The notes under the pieces: model-generated
Seen by the model: the letters and a program-made list of their open reading frames with translations, nothing else
Told to the model about the DNA's origin: nothing
Databases searched by the model: none
Translations under genes and position numbers: made by a program
From: an uncultured Chloroflexia bacterium
Lineage (GTDB): Bacteria; Chloroflexota; Anaerolineae; CG2-30-64-16
Assembly: GCA_963810095.1 (NCBI GenBank)
Contig: CAWEMM010000009.1
Coordinates: forward strand, 650,605-714,604
Length of the DNA stretch: 64,000 nt
Direction of reading: 5' to 3'
Part shown: piece by piece, positions 44,849 through 54,185 of the stretch
Numbering within the stretch: the stretch's first letter is position 1
Layout: every line of letters starts with the position of its first letter

Positions 44849-46066
44849 CTACCCCAGGAACACCGACCGGCGCTGGGCCAAGCGTTGGTAAATCATATCC
44901 TGCACGACGTTCCGGACCTGGTCCGTTAGCTGCGATACAAGAACGAGGTTGTTCGCAGCGTCCGGCCCGTACGGCGCCATCGGAATTGGCTGTCCGAAGT
45001 CGATGTACCACTTCGTCGGCAGCGGCACGAAGCCCAGCAAGCCAAGCCAGGGGAACGTAAGCGAGATCGGGAAGTACGGGAAACCGATGAGGCGCGCCAT
45101 CGTCTGCGACTTGTACAGCGAGATGTACGTCTCCTCCGCGCCTACCACCGAGACCGGGATGATGGGTGCACCCGTGCGCAAGGCCATCTTCACAAACCCG
45201 CCCCGGCCGAAGCGCGCCAGGCGGTACCTGTCACGGAAGAGCTTGCCGACACCCTTGTACCCCTCGGGGAACACCGCGACGAGGTTGCCTTCCTGCAGCA
45301 GCCGGGTGCCGTTGTCCACCGTAGCAAGCGCCTGTCCCATCTTTGTGAGCGTGGGCGAGATGAACGGCAGGGTAGGGAACCAGGTGGCGTAGAGCCCCCG
45401 CACGATGCGTTGCGAGGGGTGGTCCAGGTAGACGGACGTACCCAGCATCGCGCCGTCCCACGGCAGCTGTCCCGAGTGGTTCGACGTCAGCAGCGCCGCG
45501 CCTTCGTCTGGGATGTTGTCCAGGCCCGACGTCTCCACCCGCCAATAAGTACGGTAGAGGAAGCTGAGGAATGGCTGCAGCGCCCCCACGAACTCGGGGT
45601 CGAGCCCCCAGTCGTCGGTCTCATATTCGCCGCGTGCCCGCCGCTTCACCGTGTCGGCCTGTGACTGCAGCGAGTAGTTCACGACATACCAGATGCCCTT
45701 CCACGTATCCAGGTCGAGGAGGTCCGAGCTGACGGTGGAGCGGAGCTTCTCCAGGATGCCGCGCATGACGTCGGGCTGGAAGCGGGTGGCGTTCTCTTCC
45801 AGTAGGCGCAGGAGCGCTTGCGGCGAGAAGGGCGGCGCCTTATAGTCGGTTGTCGCTTCGACCCGGGCGATCAGGCGGTCAATCTCGCTCTGCAGCTCGG
45901 CTTGCGACGGCTCCCGGGCTGCCCGCGCAGGCGGTTCGGGCGCGGGTGCGCTTGCCGCGGTCACCTCGCCGGGGGCCATCTCTTCGGCCCCGAGCTCGTC
46001 CGATGTTTCGATCTTGTTCTCCTCGGGAAAGTCAGTCGCCTGGGGCGAAACCACCTCGTTGTTCAT
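44849..46066 (-). CDS. Lysophospholipid/glycerol acyltransferase (PlsC family)
   Basis: NHSGQLPWD, VFPEG, FGRGGFV. Confidence 0.9.
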   Translation of the reverse strand: MNNEVVSPQATDFPEENKIETSDELGAEEMAPGEVTAASAPAPEPPARAAREPSQAELQSEIDRLIARVEATTDYKAPPFSPQALLRLLEENATRFQPDVMRGILEKLRSTVSSDLLDLDTWKGIWYVVNYSLQSQADTVKRRARGEYETDDWGLDPEFVGALQPFLSFLYRTYWRVETSGLDNIPDEGAALLTSNHSGQLPWDGAMLGTSVYLDHPSQRIVRGLYATWFPTLPFISPTLTKMGQALATVDNGTRLLQEGNLVAVFPEGYKGVGKLFRDRYRLARFGRGGFVKMALRTGAPIIPVSVVGAEETYISLYKSQTMARLIGFPYFPISLTFPWLGLLGFVPLPTKWYIDFGQPIPMAPYGPDAANNLVLVSQLTDQVRNVVQDMIYQRLAQRRSVFLG

Positions 46067-47164
46067 GCAACCTCCTCCCCGATGTCGTCAGTCATCATTT
46101 CGGGCTCCTGCCCGTTTGACGGTATCTCGGGCGCACGCGCGCGCCGCCGCCGTTCGAGCGTGTCGCGCAGCCGCTCCTCGTCGTACTCCAGGCCCGGCGA
46201 CGCCGGCCCGAGTTGTTCGAGCCGCTTGCGGCCCGCAAATTCGCGCAGCGCCTCGGCCGCCGTGTAGCGCGGGGCGAAACCCATCACGTAACGCATCTTG
46301 GTCAGGTCGCCCACCCAGGGATAGCGCAGATAGTCGAGGTGCACCGGCCAGATGAGCTCGACCGGGAACTTGAGCGCAGACAGGATCGGATTGCCCCAGT
46401 ACGCGGCGAGGTGAAAGACGGGCGGCGCGTGTTTGCCGGCCAGCCGGCGCAGCTTGCTGAAGGGCATGACGCCCTCGGCTGCCACGTTGAACACGCCCGG
46501 CACGTCCTGCTCGACCGCGCACACCAGCGCCTCGACGACGTCCTCCTCGTGAATCACCTGCATCAGCGGATCAAAACCCATCAGGACCGGCGCGAGCGGC
46601 GATGACAGAAAGCGCGGTCATGATCGTGTTCGCCGTCGGCCCTACGACGCCGGGGAAGCGCAGTACGGTCAGCGTGATCTCGGGGTATTGGGCGCGGAAG
46701 CCATTGCAGAATGCCTCGATCTCCACAAGGTCACGCAGCGAGCCGAGCTCGGGCTTAGCCGCCAGCCCCCGTTCTTCGGGCAGAAACGCGGAGTTATCCG
46801 GCTTGGCGCCGTAAACCATCATGGTGCTCTTGACCACGATCTTCGTCACGCCCGCGGACGCGGCAGCGCCAAACACCTTCATGGTGCCCATGACGTTCAC
46901 GTCGAACGCGGCCTCGCTCGGATGCTGGGTGTCGAGGAAGGCCAGGTGAACGATCGTGTTCACCCCTTCCTCGGCCAGCAGGTCGGCCAGCAGCGGATTG
47001 CGGACATCGGCCTGGATGAAGTCGAGACCTTCGAGCGCCTCTTTTGGCGGTGCGGTGTCGACGCCGATCACGCGGATGCCGGGGATGGTCAGCAGGCGCG
47101 CGGCGACGTGGCTGCCCCAATACTCGCCCACCCCCGTGATGAGCACAGTCTGCTCGTTTGGCAT
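46063..47164 (-). CDS. NAD-dependent epimerase/dehydratase (SDR), frameshift near 46600
   Basis: VLITGVGEYWG, VNVMGT, VYGAKPDN; C-terminal half GFDPLMQVIHEED in next frame. Confidence 0.82.
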
Positions 47165-47186
47165 GGCGATCTCCTTCCTTCCCGCC

Positions 47187-47618
47187 CTATTTCATAACCA
47201 GGTCGGCGTACCCCTTTTCGCGGAGCAGGTTCGGGTAGACCTTGTAGAGCGGTTCGACCGCGGGAAGCAGCTTCAGGATCTTCGGCAGCGGCCCCTGGAG
47301 GACGATGTCCTTCTTTGCCAGCGCGGCAAGCAGGTTGACCTTGCCATGCCAGAAGGCGTGCGCCACGTCGGCTCTCATCGACAGCACCGCATCCGGCTTC
47401 AGGCTGGTGGGACCGTTAAAGACGTCCGCAAACGCGCCGGGCTGCGTCGGCTTGTCCTTCGCATTGACGGTGGTGGTCGCATCCGGATCGGTATAGCGGA
47501 ACTGGATGACAATCCCGGACGCGGCGATTTTCGGGCCAATGTGTGGGTCAACCTTCGCTCGGTTCATGAGTTCGCCCACCGTATCGTAGAACTGCGCGGT
47601 ATCGCGAAAAACGGGCAT
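47187..47618 (-). CDS. SCP2-like lipid-binding protein
   Basis: MRADVAHAFWHGKVNL..AL.K..I.LQG. Confidence 0.78.
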   Translation of the reverse strand: MPVFRDTAQFYDTVGELMNRAKVDPHIGPKIAASGIVIQFRYTDPDATTTVNAKDKPTQPGAFADVFNGPTSLKPDAVLSMRADVAHAFWHGKVNLLAALAKKDIVLQGPLPKILKLLPAVEPLYKVYPNLLREKGYADLVMK

Positions 47619-47732
47619 GCTCTGCTCCTTACTCTGCTGAAACGGCCGAGGATCGCCTGATTATAGCAACGGACACACAAGCGCGTCAAGTGAATTTTGC
47701 GGCGGCCAGGTTGGCGAGGCCGCGACGGAGTA

Positions 47733-47761
47733 TTGACACGGTCTCACCCGTGTGCTATATT
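47733..47761 (+). promoter_or_regulatory. Sigma70 promoter for phasin-phaR genes
   Basis: TTGACA-17 nt-TATATT with extended TG. Confidence 0.7.
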
Positions 47762-47824
47762 AGGCATGACGCAGTGCGTCATCAGTTTTTCGCGGAGTAC
47801 GCCTGGACCACGAAGGAGGTCTCG

Positions 47825-48661
47825 ATGGCGGAAGAAATGCTGAAGCCAAGCAATGGCGCCGGCGCTACCCACGAGCCCGTCAAGAAGGCCGCGCGGAAGC
47901 CACACAAAAAAGTGGAGGAAAACAAGATGAGTGAAGTTCAGGCCCCGGAGGCGGTCGCAGCAGAGGTCGAGAAGACGACTGAAGCGGCGGTGACGGCGGT
48001 GCAAGAGACGGAAGCGGCGGCCACCGAGGCAGTCGCAGCAGTTGAGGAAGCAAAGGTCCCGACGAACGGCCAGACCGCGGGAATCAACAAGATCGTCAAG
48101 GGCGCGACGGCGCAGGTCGAAAAACTACCGGGATCCAAGCAGGTGCGAGAGGCGGTGGGCAAAGTGGCGGATCAGGTTGGCAACAACGAGACGACGCAGA
48201 AGGCTGTGAAAGTCGTACGGGACGGCGTGCAGCAGGCCACTGACCAGGTGAAGCAGGGCGCACAGGACCTGGAGAAGAACCCGCTCGTCGTTGCCGCGCA
48301 CAAGGTGCTGCTGGCCGGCATCGGCGCGGCTGCGCTGGCGCAAGAGGAGATCGAGGACTTCATCAACCGGCTGGTCGAGCGCGGCAGCATTGCCGAGTCC
48401 GACGGCCGCCGGATGGCGAAAGATGTGCTCGATCAGCGGCGCAAGCAGATGGAGCGGGCCGGCGAGAAGGCGCAGGAAGTGGCGACGGGCATGCGCTCGA
48501 GCGTGACCGAGGGCCCGAAGAAGATTGCCGACGACCTGGAGCAGCGGATCGAAGGCGTGCTCGCCCGCATGAACATCCCGACCAAGGAAGAGGTCGAGAC
48601 GCTGACGTCGAAGATCACGGCGCTGACGCACAAGGTCGACGAACTCAAAAAGACCGAGTAA
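47825..48661 (+). CDS. Phasin (PHA granule-associated) family protein with Ala/Glu-rich N-terminal extension
   Basis: KVLLAGIGA...LVERG...RMNIPTKEEV..L..KI..L; AAGGAGG RBS. Confidence 0.85.
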   Translation: MAEEMLKPSNGAGATHEPVKKAARKPHKKVEENKMSEVQAPEAVAAEVEKTTEAAVTAVQETEAAATEAVAAVEEAKVPTNGQTAGINKIVKGATAQVEKLPGSKQVREAVGKVADQVGNNETTQKAVKVVRDGVQQATDQVKQGAQDLEKNPLVVAAHKVLLAGIGAAALAQEEIEDFINRLVERGSIAESDGRRMAKDVLDQRRKQMERAGEKAQEVATGMRSSVTEGPKKIADDLEQRIEGVLARMNIPTKEEVETLTSKITALTHKVDELKKTE

Positions 48662-48663
48662 CG

Positions 48664-49215
48664 ATGCCCGTCATCAAGCGCTACCCAAATCGCAAGCTAT
48701 ACGACACCGCGGCGAAGCAGTACGTCTCGCTCGAGGGCGTGGCGGACATGATTCGCCGCGGCGAGCCGGTGCAGGTCATCGACCACACCACCGGCGACGA
48801 CCACACCACGCTCATCCTGACGCAGATCATCGTCGAACAGGAGAAGCGTGGGTCGGGCTTCTTGCCCCTGGATGTGCTGACCGGGCTCGTGGAGGCGGGG
48901 GGCAATACCCTTGCCACCCTGCGACAGCGCTTGAGCGCGCCGCTGGATTTGCTGCACCAGGTCGACGACGAGATACAGGCGCGGGTCGACAAGCTGGTCA
49001 GCCTCGGCGATCTGGCGGAGGACGAGGGGCGGCGCCTGGCGCAGAAACTCCTTGCCCTCGGCGCCGCCGTGCGTGCCGACCGCGCCAAGCAGGATGAGGC
49101 GCTGGAGCGGGTGCTGCTGGCCCGCGGCGTGCCCACCCGCGACGACCTCGCCCACTTGTCGCAGGTGATCGACCAACTCACTGCGGAAGTGGACAGCCTG
49201 CGCCGCGAGCAGTAA
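48664..49215 (+). CDS. phaR: PhaR-like PHA accumulation regulator (DNA-binding N-terminus, phasin-like C-terminus)
   Basis: IKRYPNRKLYDT..KQYVSL, TGDD.T..ILTQII. Confidence 0.85.
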   Translation: MPVIKRYPNRKLYDTAAKQYVSLEGVADMIRRGEPVQVIDHTTGDDHTTLILTQIIVEQEKRGSGFLPLDVLTGLVEAGGNTLATLRQRLSAPLDLLHQVDDEIQARVDKLVSLGDLAEDEGRRLAQKLLALGAAVRADRAKQDEALERVLLARGVPTRDDLAHLSQVIDQLTAEVDSLRREQ

Positions 49216-49221
49216 AGAATC

Positions 49222-49281
49222 GGACGCAGATAACACGGATTCCCGCGCGTAGCGACGGGGCCGTCTGTGTTACCTGCGTCC
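49222..49281. repeat. Family B palindrome copy 4
   Basis: GGACGCAGATAACACGGAT...GTCTGTGTTACCTGCGTCC. Confidence 0.75.
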
Positions 49282-49329
49282 TCGTTCGAAACAGACACTC
49301 ACCCCGCGCGATAGACGGCGAGGGATAAG

Positions 49330-49424
49330 ATGGGACACTGATGCAACTGATTGAACTGATCAGCAGCGTTTCTCGTGAAAGAAGATCGTGACAATCAGTC
49401 GGATCAGTTGAATCAGCGTCCCAT
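49330..49424. repeat. Family B palindrome copy 5
   Basis: ATGGGAC-ACTGATGCA-ACTGATTGA-ACTGATC...ATCAGTCGGATCAGTTGAATCAGCGTCCCAT. Confidence 0.85.
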
Positions 49425-49460
49425 TCCACCCGTCGCTGTCTGAGAGCGTGGGGTGCAGGA

Positions 49461-50567
49461 TTATTCTGCCGCCATCCCCGCTGCGGCCACCGCCACGCAC
49501 TCGTCGTTGCGCAGCGTCATGCAGTTCACGCCCTGCACGACGCCTTCCTTTGCCGGCACCTCGTCGACCGCAAAACGGATGATCTTGCCGAGCCCGGAGA
49601 TGGCGAACACATCGTCGCCGGGCCGGGCGAACGCCGCACCGACGAGACGGTCCGCCTTCATCGCCTGCTTCCCGCCGCTGCCCGGCGTCTTGTTGAGCGC
49701 AAACCCCGCCATTTGGCGCACCGTGCCCTTGCCATCGCCGGATAGGAGGAAGACGCCGTCCTCGGGCCGCACGCTGGCCACACCCACGACGGCATCGTCC
49801 GGATCGACGCGGATGCCGAGGCTCCCACGTACCGCCACCTGTCCCTCAGCGAAACGGATCCCCACGCCTTTCGCCGTCACGATGAACAGCTCGGCAGCCG
49901 CGTCTGACCAACATGCGGCCGCCGGCGCGCCACCCTCCCGAATATCGTAGAGGATCGTTCCCGGCTGGAGGTTGCGCCCGAAGACGTTGTAGCGCCACCG
50001 GCGCACCTGCCCGCGTCGTGTCACGAGCGTCAGGTTCCCCGCGCCCGCATCAGGGGTGATCAGCGCGATCCGCTCGTCGCCGTTAAGCGGCACGCTCTTG
50101 CGGACGGACTCGCCCCGCCCGCGCACGGCTGACTCGGCCAGCTGGCCGACCGCCAGTGGAAATGCACGGCCGGCCGTCGTCACCACGATCAGCGACTGGG
50201 CGGCGTCGGCCACGGCCAGAAATGCCGGCGGGTCACCGTCCGGCGCGTCGAGGTCGAAGACGCCCATGCCGCCCCGGCGCTGCCGGTCGTACAGGTGGCG
50301 CGGCGTGCGCTTTACAATGCCCGCCGCGGTCGCGGTGATGAGGTTCATGGTCGTCGGCGGTTCGCTGACCACCGACGTATCTTCCTCCGGCTCGGCCGGC
50401 GTTGCGGCAGACGCGCGCGCCGCCGGGGAGATGCGCGTGACCGGCTCGGCACGGGCTGCACGCGCTGCCTCGGCCTCGCGCAGGGTTTCCAGTTCCGTCT
50501 CCAGGTACTGGATATAGCTCAGGACCTCCAGGGGGAGGTTGGTCAGGTCAGGTCGTTCGGTCGGCAT
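49461..50567 (-). CDS. Stand-alone DNA gyrase A C-terminal beta-pinwheel domain protein
   Basis: GyrA-box-like QRRGGMG; repeated blades (TAAGIVKRT, TRRGQVRR, TAKGVGIRF, SGDGKG, SGLGKIIRF); no catalytic core. Confidence 0.82.
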   Translation of the reverse strand: MPTERPDLTNLPLEVLSYIQYLETELETLREAEAARAARAEPVTRISPAARASAATPAEPEEDTSVVSEPPTTMNLITATAAGIVKRTPRHLYDRQRRGGMGVFDLDAPDGDPPAFLAVADAAQSLIVVTTAGRAFPLAVGQLAESAVRGRGESVRKSVPLNGDERIALITPDAGAGNLTLVTRRGQVRRWRYNVFGRNLQPGTILYDIREGGAPAAACWSDAAAELFIVTAKGVGIRFAEGQVAVRGSLGIRVDPDDAVVGVASVRPEDGVFLLSGDGKGTVRQMAGFALNKTPGSGGKQAMKADRLVGAAFARPGDDVFAISGLGKIIRFAVDEVPAKEGVVQGVNCMTLRNDECVAVAAAGMAAE

Positions 50568-50600
50568 CGGTGGGCGTGCCTTTCAAAGATCGTCACGGCC

Positions 50601-51711
50601 TCAGGTCGCCGTGATCGTGCGGAGGCCCTCGGCGGTGGCAGGTGCGAAGCCGACCCCGAGTGCAGTACCAAGGGCGATGACCGCGGCCTGCGGCTCGCCT
50701 GCAAGTGTGGCGGCTGCCGCGGTCCCGTCATGGATCAGCCGGATGCGATATCGCATACCGGTGCGCTGCGCGACGGCCTCCGCCAGGTAGGGACGAACGT
50801 CGGGCGCCAGCCGGCTCATCGTCGCATACGTGCCGTTGCCCAGCAGGCGTCCGCCGTCCACATAGGCCGCCATGCATAACATCATATCGTGCCCCAGGAC
50901 CACGCCGGAGGCACTTGCGCGGCCGTGGGCGTCGCAGAGCGCATCGACGACAAAGGCTGCGTACTGCCTGCCCGCGGCCACGAGGTCCGGGTCGGGATGC
51001 AGGTGCCAGTCGCCTATGACGGGGACGGGCGGCAGGTCCTCGTGCGCCACGATCGCATCGCCGCGGACGGTCAGCAGCGCCCGCTTGACGGAGGTATGGC
51101 CGAAGTCGCAGCAGAGGACACGGCCGGCATCCGGGGGCAGGTAGCGGGCGGCGCCGAGAAGGGGCGCGTCCGAGCCGTAGGGGCTCAGGTCGACGGTGAT
51201 TGCGCCGCCGTATCCGGCTGACTCAAGCCACCCGCGGGCTGCATCGAGGATGGTCGCACCGAGTTGTCCCGAGGTCAGTCCGCCGGCCAGCACGACATGG
51301 CGGATCGCCGCCCAGCGCTCCCAGTCCGCGGCGGTCCAGTCTGCGCGGGCGTCCCGGTTAACCTGGTCCCCGCGGTGCAGGGCCAGGAGGACGTGTCCGA
51401 GGTTGCGCCCCATCCGGACTGCGATCGCTTCGGCCGCAGCCCGCACCTGGGGCTCTGTGCTGCGCAAGGCTGGCGTCGACGAAGCGCGGCAGCCCGCTGC
51501 GCGTCGCCGGCCCGTCTTCAAGGAATGCTGCCGGCAGGTGGAGTGGTTCGGCGTGCTCACGGGCGTACCCCGTCAGGGCCAGCACCGACGCAAGATGATA
51601 GGCGAGTTGGCCGCGGACCCCGTCGTCCATCGCGATACCGGGCAGGTCGACCACACGCACGCGGTTGACCGAAACATGCGAAGGGGTGAAGGGGATCGGC
51701 GCGGCCGGCAT
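50601..51711 (-). CDS. ROK/sugar-kinase-like (ASKHA) protein (frameshift near 51460)
   Basis: VVLAGG, DFGHTSVK, IHDGTAAA, IALGTALGVG. Confidence 0.65.
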
Positions 51712-52433
51712 CACGTGACCATGTCGCCCGGCAGGTGGTCCACCCGGTTCTGATAGCGGATGCTGACGCGGCCGTCGGGACGAAAACGAACCCGCGTGAC
51801 GCCTGTGTTGTCGTGATGGAAGAAAACGTTCGCATCGACCGGCACGCCGACGAGCGCGCGCAGCAAGAAGGCGCCGAAGCCGCCGTGCGTGACGATCGCG
51901 ATGCGCTCGCTGCCCGTGCCCTGCTGGCGCAGCTGCGCCGCCACCCGAGCGGCTCGCTCCAGGAACGGGTTCCATTCCTCCCGCGTATGGCGCCACCACC
52001 CTTGCTCGGCCACTTCGTCGGGGAGGACAGACTCGGGGAACTGCTCCGCAATTTCGGACCGGGTGAGGCCGGGGTAACCACGGATGCCTCCCTCAGCCTC
52101 CCCGTGGTCGAGCCACATCCCGCCTTCTTCGTGAACGTCGACCCAGACGTGCGGCTTGAGCTTGAGCGCCGCGCCGACGATCTGCGCCGTCTGGAGCGCA
52201 CGGAGCATCGCGCTGCAATAGAGGCGGCCAATCCGCATGCCGTTGACCGGGGCATCCGACGGCTGGCCCTCGATCGCCTTAGTCTCGTGGTCGATGCCGT
52301 TCGCCAGGTGTCTCGCGACGAGTTCCGCCTGCCGGAAACCTAACTCGGTCAGCGGCGGATCGACGACACGGTCGTTTTGATCTGCAAGTGCGTTATTCCA
52401 TGATTGCGCATGGCGAATGATGAAGAGTTCCAT
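51711..52433 (-). CDS. Histidine phosphatase family protein
   Basis: IRHAQS, SAMLRALQTA, VTHGG. Confidence 0.9.
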   Translation of the reverse strand: MELFIIRHAQSWNNALADQNDRVVDPPLTELGFRQAELVARHLANGIDHETKAIEGQPSDAPVNGMRIGRLYCSAMLRALQTAQIVGAALKLKPHVWVDVHEEGGMWLDHGEAEGGIRGYPGLTRSEIAEQFPESVLPDEVAEQGWWRHTREEWNPFLERAARVAAQLRQQGTGSERIAIVTHGGFGAFLLRALVGVPVDANVFFHHDNTGVTRVRFRPDGRVSIRYQNRVDHLPGDMVT

Positions 52434-52488
52434 GAGGGGCGATTGTAGCACGAAACACAGGCTCGCCCGAAAAGCAGGCTCCCGTTTT

Positions 52489-52560
52489 CACCACGAAGAC
52501 ACCAAGACACGAAGCGGCCCTGGGGCTTTGTGAGCTTCGTGTCTTGGTGTCTTCGTGGTG
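52489..52560. repeat. Family A palindrome copy 8 (perfect 27-bp arms)
   Basis: CACCACGAAGACACCAAGACACGAAGC...GCTTCGTGTCTTGGTGTCTTCGTGGTG. Confidence 0.92.
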
Positions 52561-52564
52561 CATG

Positions 52565-53836
52565 CTACTCCAGCTCTTCGCGGATCTTCCAGTAGCTCTC
52601 GAGCCGCATCCGAGACAGCCGGCCCGCTCGCATGGCCGACTTCACGCCGCACCACGGCTCGCGGGTGTGCGTGCAGTTGGCATACTCGCAGCGCTCGGCG
52701 TGCTCGGCAAACTCTGGATAGTACTGCGGCAGATCGACCTGCTGCAGCCCGGCCAGCCCGTACTCGCGCATCCCGGGTGTGTCGACGACGAAGCCGCCCG
52801 CTGCGAGCGGATGAAGGCTGGCCTGAGTCGTGGTGTGCCGTCCCTCGTGCCTGCGGTCGCTCACCTCGCCCACTCGCAGGTTCAGGCCCGGCTCGACCGC
52901 GCTAAGCAGCGACGACTTGCCGACGCCCGAGAGCCCGGCGAGGGCCGTCGTGCGCCCGGCCAGCACGGCCCGCAGCTCGTCAAGGCCCCGGCCTTGCACC
53001 GCACTTGTCAGGATCACCTGGCAGCCCGCCAGCCGGTACGCCTGGGCAACCCCGTCGAGCTCCCACGGGTCTTCGGCCAGGTCCACCTTGTTGATGGCGA
53101 TGATCGGCGCCAGGTTGTGCCGCAGCGCGCCGATCAGGTAGCGGTCGACTAGTTCGGGCCAGAACGCCGGATTGCGCCAGGCCGCTACGATCAGCAGTTG
53201 GTCGACATTGGCGGCGATCACCTGCTGCTTGTATACGTTGATCGGATCGGGCCGGGCGAGTGCGCTGCGCCTGGGCAGGATCTCATCCACGATGCCCTGC
53301 TTGTGGCCGTTGTGCGAGACGATCACCTCGTCGCCCACGGCCAGCATGTTGCTGTAGCCGCTGTGTTCGATCCGCAGCGCCTTACGCAGCGTGCATACGT
53401 ACCGTCCCGCTGGCGTTTCAACCGTGTAGAGGCCGGTCGCGACCTCCACGACCGTGCCCGTCGACCTCTCGCGGCCTGCCTCCCGCGCCCCGTCAGATGC
53501 GGGGGCAGCGTCCGGCCCCTGTTGAGCCGGGTCCGAGGCAGTGGGAGGACGGGCAGTGACGCCCACGCCGTCGTGCAGCGGCGACCGGATCACCTTCGCC
53601 TGCCGCCATTCGGTCTCGCCTTCCGGCATGACGCGTTCCTGCGCGGCAATGTCGAGATCGTCGTACCCGTCCGGGTCGGCCAGGTAAGCCTCGGCCCAAC
53701 GCCGCGGCCGCACCTTGGAGGTCTTGTCGTTCTTCTTCGGAGCTTGTTTCACGCCCGACTCGCGGCGGGCCCGCTCTTCCATCCAAATCTGGATCGCCTT
53801 TTCCTGCCGGTTAGTAGCCAACTCTGGTTTCTCCAT
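52565..53836 (-). CDS. rsgA: Ribosome small subunit-dependent GTPase A with N-terminal extension
   Basis: AANVD, NKVD, GLSGVGKSS, GRHTT, DTPG, C-terminal CEYANCTH..EPWC Zn finger; start uncertain (ATG 53836 or TTG 53821). Confidence 0.93.
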   Translation of the reverse strand: MEKPELATNRQEKAIQIWMEERARRESGVKQAPKKNDKTSKVRPRRWAEAYLADPDGYDDLDIAAQERVMPEGETEWRQAKVIRSPLHDGVGVTARPPTASDPAQQGPDAAPASDGAREAGRERSTGTVVEVATGLYTVETPAGRYVCTLRKALRIEHSGYSNMLAVGDEVIVSHNGHKQGIVDEILPRRSALARPDPINVYKQQVIAANVDQLLIVAAWRNPAFWPELVDRYLIGALRHNLAPIIAINKVDLAEDPWELDGVAQAYRLAGCQVILTSAVQGRGLDELRAVLAGRTTALAGLSGVGKSSLLSAVEPGLNLRVGEVSDRRHEGRHTTTQASLHPLAAGGFVVDTPGMREYGLAGLQQVDLPQYYPEFAEHAERCEYANCTHTREPWCGVKSAMRAGRLSRMRLESYWKIREELE

Positions 53837-53851
53837 TGAGTTAAATGTAAA

Positions 53852-53974
53852 GGCCATGATGCGGCAAAGGCGGTTGTCAGAACCGCTTTGCGCCTCATGG
53901 CCCATTCCGTGCCCCGCTTCAGATGGGGGCAACAAAAAGGCCATGAGCACATGCAAGCACGCGCTCATGGCCTT
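53852..53974 (-). terminator. Twin hairpins (attenuator) in the rsgA 5' leader
   Basis: Minus strand AAGGCCATGAGC...GCTCATGGCCTTTTTGTT, then GGCCATGA...TCATGGCCTTTACATTT. Confidence 0.7.
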
Positions 53975-54001
53975 GACTCTACTCGGAAACCCTGATCTGG
54001 C

Positions 54002-54091
54002 TCAGGCTCCTGCAAGGTGGCGAGCGCTAGCGCCGCAAGTGTGCTTGCCGGAGCAAGCCAGGACTTGCGCGAGAACAGTCATATTAGACAT
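54002..54091 (-). CDS. Putative 29-aa leader peptide MSNMTVLAQVLACSGKHTCGASARHLAGA
   Basis: AAAGGAGG RBS 8 nt before ATG; lies between promoter and terminator upstream of rsgA. Confidence 0.6.
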   Translation of the reverse strand: MSNMTVLAQVLACSGKHTCGASARHLAGA

Positions 54092-54127
54092 ATCACTCGC
54101 CTCCTTTCGGAATCTTTGATTAGCCGT

Positions 54128-54155
54128 ACTATACGCCAATACGCAGGATTGTCAA
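54128..54155 (-). promoter_or_regulatory. Sigma70 promoter for leader-rsgA
   Basis: Minus strand TTGACA-16 nt-TATAGT. Confidence 0.7.
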
Positions 54156-54185
54156 GACGGTTGCACAGTCAAATGGCTCGTGAAC

